A stretch of 64,000 nt of DNA from a virus (taxonomy: Duplodnaviria; Heunggongvirae; Uroviricota; Caudoviricetes; Schitoviridae): IMG/VR virus record IMGVR_UViG_2595698760_000001, positions 1 through 64,000 of that record; one strand, given 5' to 3'. Of the stretch, positions 34,479 through 46,100 are shown one piece after another; position 1 is the first letter of the stretch, and each line of letters opens with the position of its first letter. The notes below the pieces were generated by a model. The model saw nothing but the letters and a program-made list of their open reading frames with translations. It was not told the DNA's origin and searched no databases. The position numbers and the translations under genes are program-made.

Positions 34479-35207
34479 ATGAGCACTAACGACAACCTAC
34501 TCCTGATTTCCGGTGAATCATCAACCGGTAAAAGTGCGTCTCTGAAAGACATGCGTGACCAGGAAGGTGTGCTCTATCTGAACTGTGAAGCGGGCAAGAA
34601 ATTGCCCTTTAAAAACAAGTTCCAGAGCCATACCATCACCGACCCGTACCAAATCTTCGAGGCGTTTAACTACGCTGCCGGGAAAGGTGCGGGCACCATT
34701 CACACCATCGGGTTGGACACACTGACCTTCCTGATGGACATGTATGAGTCAGTGCATGTAGTGCCGGCCACCAACACGATGAAGGCATGGGGTAATTACA
34801 ACCAGTTCTTCAAAGAGTTGATGCAGCAGTACGTTGCCAACTCGACAGTGAATGTCATTTTCATGGGCCACACTCTGTCCAAGCTGAATGAGCAGACTGG
34901 CATCATTGAAACCAGCGTACCGGTAAAAGGTGCGTTGAAAAACCAGGGTGCAGAAGCCTACTTCTCTACCGTGGTGAGTACCAAGAAAGTCCCACTCCGC
35001 ATTCTGGAAAGCTACCAGAATGACATGCTGAATATCACTGAAGACGACCAGCTCGTCGGATATAAGCATGTGTTCCAGACTCGTCTGACGAAGGAAACTG
35101 TGGGTGAGCGTATTCGCTCTCCAATGGGCCTGTTCACCCGTGACCAGACCTTTATCGATAACAACGCTCAGGCGCTGTTAGACCATCTCCATAAATATTA
35201 CGCGTAA
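34479..35207 (+). CDS. P-loop ATPase (Sak4/RecA-like; N4 gp44-like position)
   Basis: GAGGAA Shine-Dalgarno with ATG at 34479. Walker A GESSTGKS at the N-terminus. 242 aa. Confidence 0.5.
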   Translation: MSTNDNLLLISGESSTGKSASLKDMRDQEGVLYLNCEAGKKLPFKNKFQSHTITDPYQIFEAFNYAAGKGAGTIHTIGLDTLTFLMDMYESVHVVPATNTMKAWGNYNQFFKELMQQYVANSTVNVIFMGHTLSKLNEQTGIIETSVPVKGALKNQGAEAYFSTVVSTKKVPLRILESYQNDMLNITEDDQLVGYKHVFQTRLTKETVGERIRSPMGLFTRDQTFIDNNAQALLDHLHKYYA

Positions 35208-35223
35208 TAGAAGGATATAAATA

Positions 35224-35940
35224 ATGAGCAACCCATTTGCTAATCTGAGCAACGACGGCCTGGAAGAACAGAAAGACACCCTGGGTGGCTTTGCCAGCCT
35301 CGACTCGGATGTGTACCCGGGCATCATTAAAATTGCATTCGCTGGCAAGTCTGCCAAGGGTGCGCATAACGTGACCTTCCACTTCGACCTCGACGGTCGT
35401 GAGCATCGTGAAACCATCTACGTCACCAACCGTGACGGTCAGAACTGGTATCCGAATAAGAAGGATGCGTCCAAGAAAATGCCTTTACCGGGCTTCACCA
35501 CTGCGAACAACATCGCACTGCTGGCAACCGGCTTTGCCCTGGCTGACCTGGCCGTTGAAGAACGTGTCATCAAGCTGTGGGACAAAGACGCTGGCGCCGA
35601 AGTGAACACCAAGGTTAATGCCTTCGTGGACATGGCAGGCAAGCCAATCAAGCTGGGCATCCTGAAGCAAATCGTCGATAAGAATGTCGATGATGGCACC
35701 GGCAACTATGTACCGTCTGGCGAAACTCGTGAAGAAAACGTTATTGACCAGGTGTTCCATGGTGAAACTGGCCGTACCGTTAACGAAGTGAAAGGCGGTC
35801 AGGTGCAGACTGGCGAGTTCATTGAAAAATGGCTGGCGAAGAACAAAGGTGAAACCCGTGACCGCTCCACCAAAGACGCTGGCAAGACCGGCCGTCCAGG
35901 TGCTGGCGCCGCAGGTGCTCCGAAGTCAATGTTCGGCTAA
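35224..35940 (+). CDS. Putative ssDNA-binding protein (N4 gp45-like position), Gly-rich tail ending KSMFG
   Basis: Position after the primase and ATPase genes. Size 238 aa. Flexible Gly/Ala/Pro C-terminal tail. Assigned by synteny rather than motif. Confidence 0.4.
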   Translation: MSNPFANLSNDGLEEQKDTLGGFASLDSDVYPGIIKIAFAGKSAKGAHNVTFHFDLDGREHRETIYVTNRDGQNWYPNKKDASKKMPLPGFTTANNIALLATGFALADLAVEERVIKLWDKDAGAEVNTKVNAFVDMAGKPIKLGILKQIVDKNVDDGTGNYVPSGETREENVIDQVFHGETGRTVNEVKGGQVQTGEFIEKWLAKNKGETRDRSTKDAGKTGRPGAGAAGAPKSMFG

Positions 35941-35947
35941 CTGATTT

Positions 35948-35965
35948 GGCCCGGGCAACCGGGCC
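35948..35965 (+). terminator. GNRA hairpin (GGCCCGG-GCAA-CCGGGCC) after the SSB-like gene, without a U-tract
   Basis: Perfect 7-bp GC stem with a GCAA loop. No T-run, so it may be a weak terminator or a processing/stability element. Confidence 0.35.
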
Positions 35966-35980
35966 ATTGGAGAATCCCTG

Positions 35981-36211
35981 ATGCTCAATGTGAACCACAA
36001 GCAGGATGTGTCTGGCTCTGCTTACCAGAAACTTTCTGCCAAGATTATTTCTGCCATCCAGCAGAACCCAGGCTCAACCCAGGTGTGTGTCACATTGGAC
36101 ATGCCACCTGAACTGATTACTGATGCGGTGAAGCACCATATCAGTGAGCAGGTACGCTTCTTCAATTCGATGGGCTATCAGGTACAGGTGTACTCCGCTG
36201 TTCCGTTATGA
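35981..36211 (+). CDS. Hypothetical protein (76 aa)
   Basis: ATGA junction with the RusA-like gene. Confidence 0.5.
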   Translation: MLNVNHKQDVSGSAYQKLSAKIISAIQQNPGSTQVCVTLDMPPELITDAVKHHISEQVRFFNSMGYQVQVYSAVPL

Positions 36212-36585
36212 TTACGGCCCCCATCTCAGTCCCTATCAGTAAAAACAAATCACTGGCCCTCAATCTGAACATCTACCGCAATGCGCACTACCAAAGCCTG
36301 AACAAGGCAAAGGTTAATTTCAAAGAAGCGATGCGTGAACAGATTGAGCCACTCACAGCCATGACGACTATCACAGTCCGGTATGTGCTGTTTGTTGGTT
36401 CCCGTCGGCTGACGGACGTGGCGAACGTTTGCACTGTAGTGGACAAGTTTTTCATGGATGCCCTGGTTGAGTTCGGCAAGCTGCCGGACGACAACTATGT
36501 GCATCTCCCAAAAGTCATTTATGAGTTCGGTGGGTACGACAAAGAAAACCCCCGAGTCGAAATTTATATCGAGGAAACACAATGA
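36208..36585 (+). CDS. RusA-like Holliday-junction resolvase
   Basis: DKFFMDALVEFGKLPDDNYV resembles RusA [23 protein letters not shown]. Size of about 125 aa. Confidence 0.55.
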   Translation: MITAPISVPISKNKSLALNLNIYRNAHYQSLNKAKVNFKEAMREQIEPLTAMTTITVRYVLFVGSRRLTDVANVCTVVDKFFMDALVEFGKLPDDNYVHLPKVIYEFGGYDKENPRVEIYIEETQ

Positions 36586-37001
36586 AATTTGTTCTGGTCG
36601 AAGCAGAAATCAAACAGGCGATTCAGGAATACGCAGCGAAGCTGATTACCCTGGCGCCAGGCACCACTATCGAAGTGGAAGTGAAAGCGACTCGTGGCAC
36701 CGACGGTGTTACCGCTGAAATCGATGTGGCGCTGACCGGTGCTCTGCAGGTAGCTGCGCCAGCAGCCCCAGTGCAGACTCCACGCACTGCAGAAGTAAAG
36801 CCAGCCGCTGAGAAACCAGCGCCGGCCCCGGCACCAACTCCAGCTCCAACCCCAGCTCCAGCAGCATCTGCTGCACCCCAGGAGCCGAAGGCAGAAGTCA
36901 TTGGCCAATCTGCACCGGTGGATGAACCAACCATCCCTGATGAAGAAGAAGCCCTGAACGAAGACCCAACTCCTGCGGCAGGTAAATCCATCTTCGGTTA
37001 A
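36582..37001 (+). CDS. Pro/Ala-rich hypothetical protein (139 aa) ending KSIFG
   Basis: (PAPT)n low-complexity tract. C-terminal KSIFG parallels the KSMFG terminus of the SSB-like protein. Confidence 0.5.
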   Translation: MKFVLVEAEIKQAIQEYAAKLITLAPGTTIEVEVKATRGTDGVTAEIDVALTGALQVAAPAAPVQTPRTAEVKPAAEKPAPAPAPTPAPTPAPAASAAPQEPKAEVIGQSAPVDEPTIPDEEEALNEDPTPAAGKSIFG

Positions 37002-37006
37002 TCGCT

Positions 37007-37159
37007 ATGTGGCGCTACGTTAAAGCAGCATTCACTGCTGGTCTCGTTGTCGCCATCATTACGTGCTTCTACCTGTTCTCATGGGTTCTGATACCCCTGG
37101 GGATAGGTGGATTAGTATTCGTGGCGATACTCGAAGACAGCAGAAAAAAGCCCCCGTGA
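37007..37159 (+). CDS. Small membrane protein (50 aa, 2 predicted TM)
   Basis: ATG at 37007. Hydrophobic. The stop codon lies inside the terminator hairpin. Under the track threshold. Confidence 0.3.
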   Translation: MWRYVKAAFTAGLVVAIITCFYLFSWVLIPLGIGGLVFVAILEDSRKKPP

Positions 37160-37173
37160 GGGGGCTTTGTTTT
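37144..37173. terminator. Bidirectional rho-independent terminator (A6-GCCCCC-GTGA-GGGGGC-TTTGTTTT) between convergent transcription units
   Basis: Hairpin flanked by an A-run and a T-run. It ends the + strand early/middle genes and the − strand virion RNAP gene, whose stop is at 37172-37174. Confidence 0.8.
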
Positions 37174-40100
37174 AACGGAGCATCTGGGCTACCGGATGAA
37201 GTGTCGGAGCATCCAATGCTCGAAGCGGCGTGTCGATGGAATACCAGAAGTTATCTCCAGCCAGGTTTGCCTCGAATGGAGAGTCAATGCCCAAGCCATC
37301 TGCAGCCCCCTGATAGACCAGTGTCGAGAGGGGGTTGTCACGCATACGGCGCAGCAGGATTTTCTGGATTTTCAGCTTGTACGTCAGGAACCAAGTGAAG
37401 CCCATGGATTCCAGATAAGTACGGGTACGGCCAGGGTTGTTGTCATAGTTGATGAACTCCTCCTGAATATACCGCAGAGCTTCTTCTGCTGATTTGCCAT
37501 CCTGTTTTGTCAGCTTGTCGAACAGCACCGCTTTGGCCACAAAGTCACCGTAGGTCATCATGCGGTTCAAACCGTTATGCAGCGGAGTCCCTTTCGCAAT
37601 CATCGCCAGTTTTACCGTGTCCGATACACCCTTCGGCACTTTATCAGTGATGCGCTCAATCCAGTTCAGTGCGCCACCACGAATTGCATTATCGTCTTCA
37701 ATGGTGAGACCTTCAGCTACCGTCGGCAGTTCGCCGGCCGCAATCAGAGGAGCAATGCTCATCCGTTTGTTGGCTTCTGCCAGACGCTGGATGTGACGCT
37801 TGTTCCGAGCAATCGTCGCAGCATCCGTTGTGCCCAGGTTATCTGAGTACAGTTGGTTCTGCTTATTGACGTTGCGCAGGTAGGCATCCACTTCCTGCAT
37901 CTTAGCGGCCTGACCTTTGAAGATGGCTTTCAAGCCAACACCGTTCTGCCCCAACTGAATGAAGTTACCCATCAGGTTCATTGTGAACACTGAGACGGAA
38001 CGAACGATTACCCAGTCTTTAGCCATGCTCACTGCATCCTGAGTGTAACGCTCACCTTTGCGCAGATAGCGTGCAGCTTTGGCACCCATGATAGCGGTGG
38101 CCAAGTCCACCAGCCCATCAGTCACCGGCTTCGGCAGGTCTGTCTGGTTGGTGAAAGCAGACGTCACTGAGAAGTTACGGTAACCGAATGCGTTGTTCAG
38201 CATGTCCCGGCGCACCATAACAGGCTTGCCTTTGAAGGCAGACTTCAGTGATTCCTGCATTGCACGAGGAATAGCGTTCCAGGTTTCAGCATCAGCCTTG
38301 TTGGTCTCTGCTGATTTAGCCAGGTCGATATACTCCTCTTTGCGAATAGTCCCTTTCTCTGAATCCCACACGCTGGCCAGCTTCTGCGCCAACACATCAT
38401 TAAAGCCCTGAGCCAATGTTTCCTCAGTCTGACGGCCCTGCCATACGCCGAGCAGTTCAGACAGATTAGTATTGGCTCCCAGGCGCTCCTGACGAATGGC
38501 ATCCGGCATCGGTGCTTCATACCCCGTCACTTCCCCATTTTTGTTAAACACCGGCATCAGTTTGCCACCAGTGGTTCCCAGCTTTGGCGTCACAATACGA
38601 GAGTTCTTCTGACGTGCCATGGCTGTCGCCGCATTCTTCCGCAGGCTGAATGAACCACGCAAGTCAGTAGACTGGCCAGTGATTGGGTCAACACCATAAA
38701 CCAATGGTTCAACAGTCTGCATCGCACCCTGGGTGTAGCCGGCCTGCAGATTCTCGTTGGTGAAGTAATAACTCAGCGCATTCTTGCCGAGGTCAGCATC
38801 ACCAACATAGCCATCGACTTTGACGTAGCCATAGTTCTTCACCAGGCTGGCGCCAGTCTTGGCATCCGCCACCACCATGTTCATGTGGTGAGAAGTTACC
38901 GACGGCAGATGGCCTTTGTAGCCATTGAGTGAATCGTAGCCCTGCATTTTGCGCAGTTCAGTGCTGTTCAGGGCAGTCATGTAGTTACCCACGAAATCCA
39001 GCCCAGAACGCTCTGTATCGAACAGAGAACCCATAGTGGTACGTTCACCCTCTGAGAGCATTTGCAGAGCGTACAGGCTCACCAGGTTGTCGATAGCGCT
39101 AACGTTCTGCTCTGCGTTGGTCACAGTCTTACCCGTGCCAGTCAGTTCAGCAATAGCCGTGGCATTGCGCAGCAGATGGTCAGAGATATTGTCTCCGGTC
39201 ATCATAAAGTGAGCCAACTCTTTGGAGCGCACCACATAGTCAGCGCCATGGGTCATGCCGGCAACGTTACGTTCCTCAGCCTGTACAGCCTTCTGCAGCG
39301 CTTTCGGGTCTTTGAGCCACGTCTGCACATCATCCATGGAATAATCCTGCAGAAGCGATTGCACGTCGGTTTTACCGAATGCCCGGGTGACTGCCGCCCA
39401 CTCAGCCTTGGTGAGTTCACGAGTGAACTTTGACTGGATGTTCTTCGGTACACCCTCACGGATTTTCTGACGTACAGCCGAGACCTGGTTCTTGGCCTGC
39501 TGCAGCATTTTGTTCACCATCACGCTGGACTTGCTGGTGCCGAGCATCTCAGTGAATAGCTCCTGCACCGGGCGCCACAGCTTGCTGGAGTTCACAGCAT
39601 TCTGCAGGGCATCCTGAGAACCGGAGTTTTTATCCAGGGCACCAACAGCACTCAGCAGGGTGTTGACCGCTGTATCCACTCCAGACTGTGCGCCAGCAGA
39701 AACACGAGCATCTCGCAGGTCAGCCGCCGCTGTACCCAGACGCTGCAACTGAGCAGACAGGAAACTGTCAGCACGGTTCATGCCAGAGGTCGGTGCATCC
39801 AGTACCGAGGTCTTGGTGGCATAGTTGATGTCAGCAATCTTATCCGACAGGATGTCCAGAGCCTGGGCAGCATTCGCTGCTTTGCGAGTACCGTTGCCGA
39901 GGTCGGCAATGTAATCAATCAGGTCTTTGGTGCCATTCGACAGACGAGCCATCACATCTCCAGCCGGTGCATTACGGCGGGGAATGTCGTGCTTAGCCAG
40001 TGCCTGACGGAACTCCTCATTGGTGTTGGCCAGCGCCACGAAGTTAGCCAACTGAGTTGTCTTATCGTTGTTGCGCAGTGCATTCAGTTTGGCATCACCA

Positions 40101-43100
40101 TTGGTGGCAAAGTCAGTTGCTTCCAGCTTCGGCATCACTGAATCGTACAGACGCTGCATTGCATTCAGCGCAGTCGGGTTCAGTTGCAGGCCGGAGGCCA
40201 GTAACACCTGAGTCAGATTGAAGGCATGTTCCTCTTTCGGAGACATGTTCCATCCTGCCGCCTGGAACTCTTTCAGGGTGGCATTGATGTTCGGTGCCTG
40301 GCCATTGATGATTGCACGGCTACGAGCATTCTGTGCCAGCAGTTCACCAGTCTGTTTCACCGTCTGCTTAGTGGCGGCGTCGAGACGCTGAACCAATGAG
40401 TCCAAACGGTTAACGTGGTCTGGTAGTGAGGTGTCATGGTCGAGAGCCTGGTTCAGGTCTGTCATGGACATCTCATTCAGATTACCCCGGGCAATGGTCT
40501 GCACCATGTTGTCAAAGTTACCGGCCAGCGCTTCCAGCACTGATTGACCTGAGGTAGTTGGGAAGCCCAGCAACCGGAGGACAGCAGTCTTCAGTTTCTG
40601 CATGATGCGTACGAGCGGGCCATCTACCTGAGCAGAAGCGTCAGCAGTTACTGTGCTGGTCAGCGCCTGCAGGTTCTGGTTAGCCAGAGTCCAGGCCACA
40701 AACTCATTCAGTGCGCTGGCAGTATCACCGTTGGTGATGTGCCGGTTAATTGCCGTCTGCGCATACTTCAGTGAACGCATGGTAGCGAAGTCAGAGTTCT
40801 GTCCAGTCAGGTTCATGAACTGACGCATCAGCACCTGCATGTTATTTACCGCGGCAACCTGTTCAGCAGACGCAGTGTCTGGTGAGTAGATGGCCTGGTT
40901 AATCCCGTTCTGGATGCCGGCATGAATTGCTTCATGGAACAGCGTCTCGTTGTTGGCCACTCGCAGGAAGATGGCATTGCCGTAGGTAGAGGCATTGGCA
41001 TCAGCATTGAAGCGCACATCCGGGAACATTGCCTGCTGCATTGCAGTCACCTGGTCAGGCGTACCGAAGTAGACCTGCAGGTTCGACGACAGCGCTGGCG
41101 CCAGGCGAGTGAATAGTGCTTTGGTCACTCTGTCCATTGGGTGAGTTGCCAGAGCATTCATCAACTGGTCTTTGGTCAGAGAGTACGCACCCTCAGCAAC
41201 CTCAGAACCATACTGCTTGAATTTCTCAACCAGAGCTTTGTCATGCGTCGGAGCTTTAGCCGACAGGTTCTCTTTCAGGATTGCATCTGCACGGGCCTGC
41301 ATAGCAGCAATCTGCTCCTGGCGAGTACCGGTGTAAACCTGGTCACCATGGTTGTACGCTTTATCCACACCACCCATGTGAGAGATGGTGGACTTAGTTT
41401 CCAGCAGCGCCTGACGGACAGCAGCATTTCGCGCTGACATCTGTTTGTGAGATTGCAGCATTGACTGGATTTCACCGGTCAGCGCAGCGTAGGTTTTAGC
41501 GTTACGCATTGCCTTCACTTTGTCAGCCGACACAAACTTGTTGGTGACAGAGCGAACCACCTGAGCAAAATCAGCATCTGACATTGCGGCCAGGTCGAGA
41601 TTCTCCAGAGCCTTCGAGGTGCCTGCAATGATGTTGGCATACAGGTTGGTTCCCCAGCCTTCCGCCACTGACTGGTTGATAGCATCAGAGGCCGCTTCCA
41701 TATCACCGACACGAGTATCCAGACCGTCATAGACGTTCTGTGCAACCAGGCCCAGCTTCTTAATCATGTTGAAGAAGCGAGTCATCATCGTAGCGTCACC
41801 GCCAGAGATAGTGGCCAGCGCAACAGTACGCACACCAGGGGAACCAATCTCAGTCCCATTGGAATTGGAGGCCAGGCCACCAGTCAGGTCAGTGACACGA
41901 GACTTATTGCGGGTGCCGTCAGTCATGTAGTCAGCCACACCATTTGGTGACATGGTTCCCATGTTGAAGCCATTGGCTCGGTCATTACCGGTGACACCGT
42001 TCTGGTAAATCGGTGCCAGGTGCTCCAGCTCTTTGGTGATGGAATCCTCGTCAGATTGAGACAGCATTTCGTTTGGCGCCAGGGTGCCTTCAGAAACACG
42101 CTTAGCCTGCAGCTCGTTGTAGGCTTTCTCCCAGGCAGACTTGAACATCAGCCCCTGAATGTTAGTCAGCGCAGCCATCTCTTTGTTACGAGCCAGTGCG
42201 CCGCCGACAGTATCATCAATGCCTTTGTACATCAGCTCACCCACTGACTCATTCAGAGCAGCGTAGGTGTTCTTCAGCACGCCTTCCGGTACACGGAACT
42301 GACGACGCTGTTTGTCAGAGGCATTGGCCAGAGCAGAGAACATGCCGGTGCCGGTCAGGTCATCGAGTGCTGCAGCCATACCAGTATTGAACTGGTCACG
42401 GCCGGCCAGTACATCAGTCAGGTGCGAGTAGAAGTTATTCACAACTTCATTCACAACGGTAGCCGACATAGCACGGGAACCGGAGCCATAAGTCGCTGGA
42501 GTTACTAACAGCTTGGCAAAGTTACGGGTCAGCCCAGTAGTCTTGTTCTCATCATCCTGAGACGTCATGCCAGCGTAAGTCAGCAGTGACATCAGAGACT
42601 GAGCCATTGGGTCTGTAGCAGACTTCAGGTAGCCATAAATATTGCTGGCAGTCGTGACGTACATATCCGGGTTATTCACCGGGTCATACGTCATGTTCGA
42701 CGGCATATCTGGCTGGCCAACGTTCCAACCCACTTTCCCCAGGATGCCCAGAGCAAACTCGTTCACGGTAGTCATACCGTAATGCACGAATGAGTTAGCC
42801 GGGCCATCGGTCACACCATCCACCTCGAACGTCACAGCATGTTCAAAGGTAGGATTGCCTTCCGCCAGCGCTACATTGTGCGCCGCCGCCGACAGCATAG
42901 TGTGCAGATACTTGTTATCTTTGCCGGCCGCTGCCGCATTGATAGTATCTGCCTCTGCCTTCGTCAGAGAATCCCAACCATCAGTCAGACCTTTTTCCAT
43001 AGCCGATACACCGGCCTGCAGTTGCAGGTCAGTATTCAGCAGATTGTTCACCGCTTCGATAGCCGCATTGTTGGCCATCTTGTCCACCTTGATGCCCAGA

Positions 43101-46100
43101 CCTTGAGCCAAGTGCAACTGGAACTCACGCATGTGCTGTGGGTTATCCAGAGACACTTCCACATTGGTGGCGCTGAACAGTTCACGCATCACTTTGTTGG
43201 ACTGTGGGTTAAACGCTGCAGTCATACGGGTACGACCGTTCGTGTCCATTGCATATTCCCAATGGATTGGAACCTGGTTCGCCGGAGTATCGTCGGTAGC
43301 CCGGGCATCCAGTGCTGCCAACAGATTACCTGCCGCATTCATGGCATTGATGAGACCTTTATTTTTGCTCTCAATAGAAGCACGGTGTTCATCGTTCATC
43401 TCGTCAGAGGTGTTCTGGTAGCCGGCCGCTGTCAGGGCATCTGTACCGGTCAGCTCCGCCAGACGCTCAAACAGACCACGGAAGTTCTGGTTAACGTAGT
43501 ACGGCTGGTTCTGCTGGTTCTCAATGGATGTGCGTACCATTTCTGGCACCTGCTGCCAGGACGCACCATTCACACGCTGAGCGACGTTCAGCTCATTTGA
43601 GCCAATGGTATAGCCGGTCTTGTCATCGGGCAGCAGGAGGCTTTCCAGCGCCTTGGTGTCACCACCCAAGTTCTCACGAATAGCAGTCATGGCATCGGTG
43701 TCGTTGACACGAACCATGTTCACTACTTCCTTACGGCCAGGCATCGGCACCGGAGTGATTGTCACGATACCGGCGTCAGCCATAGAGGCCAGCATCTCAC
43801 GGGCAATGGCATTGGTGATGTTGCGGCCATAAGTTTTGGACGCATCTTTCTTCACCTGAATACCCAGCACTTTCTCTGCCATAGAACTGATTTGGCCAGC
43901 CACGCTGTTCAGGGTGATACCAGCATCATTCAGTTCTTTGAGCTGTGCTGGTGTCACTTCGTCAGAACGAATACCCAGGAGTTCTGCAGCCTGCTCATAG
44001 TCCAGCGCCGTCGGCACCGCATTCAGTGCCCAGTGCATAGAAGACAGGCCAAAGGCTTCCTGAATCTCAGGGACATAGGCAACCTTACCGTTCTCACCGA
44101 GGACAGTAGCGTAGGCTGCTTTACGGTCTTGCACCGCCCATGCAGGGAAGCCAGTGTTGTACTTCTCTGACATCTTGAATCGGGCATCAGCCTGAGCCAG
44201 ACGCTTATTCATAGCCTGAGCCACAGAGCGCACTGCAGACTGGATACCTTTCAGGCCAGCCATCGTTGAATTACCGGCAACACCCAGGGCAGCGGATACT
44301 GCTTCTGGCGTCACCGAGTTCAGGTAGCCCAGTGCATAGCCGGTAGCTGCATTACTGCGCACCTGGAATGAAGCCCGGAGCTGGTTGGTTCGAGCTGATT
44401 TCTCAGCCGGCGTACCTTCTTCAGAATATGCTTCGTTCGTGGCCGGAACTTTATCCAGCACCTGCTGTCCAACTGGTGCAGCCTTTTCAGAATCCACAGG
44501 TTTATCTTCAGTATCAGTTACTTCTTCTTCTACTGATTCTTCACGACGAGTCATTTCATCAGACAGAGTACGGAAGTTATCCTGAGCAGTTTTGTCATAC
44601 CCCTGTTCAGAGATATGGCTCTGGGCTTCAGTCATCAGGTCAGTAATCTGGTCATCAGACAGCTCACGAGCATCCGCTTCTGTCAGTGCAGACTGTCCGT
44701 AGGTGGATGGTTCCACATCAGGTACAGCTTCAGCGCTATCGGCAACAGGTTCGGTGGTATTGGTCTCCGGGGATGACTCTGGAGTTCCATTCGCATCGTC
44801 CTGTACTGGCGCAGTGTTATCTGATTGCTGCTGTACAGGTGCGCCAGTAGCTGGAGCATTACTGGTAGTGGGCGTTCTGGTAATTCCATTCTTGGCTTCA
44901 TAGGCATCGACTTCTTCCGTGGTAGCCGACTGCTGCCAGTTATTAATTGGCGGCTGAATCAGTTCACTCTGCGGAGCATTTGGGATTGAGCGCAGGATTG
45001 CATTGTAGACGTCAGCTACATGAGCAGCGTCTGAGTTAATGGCAGCGATGTTCGCTTCGCCCTTCTGGCCAAGCTGAACAAACTGAGGCTTCTCTTTACC
45101 ACGGGAGCCATCAGCATTGAGCTGGAAGTAGCCGGGCACATTGGTGTACCGGTTATCCTTGTTCATGCCGGAGCCACGGACAATACGCATCTGATTGCTG
45201 TGAGCATTGGCTCGGTCAACCATGCCCTGGGCAAACTTCTGCAATTGGGTAAGACGCTGGAAGGCCAGCTTAGGGTTCTTCTGAGCCATGGCTTCAAAGA
45301 TACCGGCGGCATGTTCACGGGTAGACTTGAAGTCCTGACGGGACTGCGTTTTCACGTTGCCAGACACAGATTCATTGTTGGCTGCAAACTGCTGCGCCGC
45401 TACCTGTTTTGCCTGCAGGACAGTACGCTGCTGCGGTGTCAGGGTAGTGTCGTGGTCGAGCACCTTCTGATACTGGTCAGCAGGAATATCCAGTGGACGG
45501 TACAGCGCCATCTCTTTCAGTTTGGCAAAGCTGTTTTGCACAGCCGGCTCATTGATATTGGAATCAGTGATGGTATCCGGCATTGCAGCAATGACAGAGT
45601 TGAACTCCTCATCAGTCACGTTCTCTGGAGAATAAGTATCCAGGAACTGCTGAGTGCGTGGGGAGCTGACCACAGTGTTAATGGCCTGCATCTGACCGCC
45701 GATAGCTTTCTTAACTTCAGGGTCGGTAGCTGCTTCAAACGCCGGAACCAGATTATCTTCCAGATGAGCAATGAGGTTACCCACACGGTCACTGGCAAAG
45801 ATTTCCAGAGCACGGCGTTGTTCTGCTGGCATGTCAGGGTTCTTCTGAATCATGTCATGCACTGCACCCAACTGCTGAGCGTCATTCATCCCGGTCTGAG
45901 CCAGCGCATCTACGATGGTTCGGCCCTGAGGGTCAAAAATGTTTTCGCTTACCTGTTGAGTAGCAGCATCTCCACCAGTATCAGTAGAAGAAATATCACC
46001 AGGCTGAGTATCAGCCACGTCACCCACGCCTTGGGTTGGCGCTTCCTGAATCGGAGTCTGTTCGGCATTAGTCGGGCGTCCTACGGTTGGGTCATAAGAG

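Noticed and set aside
37063-37398. 111-aa + strand ORF crossing the convergent terminator into the virion RNAP gene
   Set aside because: It runs through the bidirectional terminator and antisense into the virion RNAP gene. Replaced by the 50-aa ORF 37007-37159.
40000-41500. DPQGR (DxxGR-like) motif at about residue 620 of the virion RNAP
   Set aside because: It is about 1200 aa upstream of motifs A and B. The correctly spaced DTNGR near residue 1580 is the likely T/DxxGR motif, so the other is a chance match.
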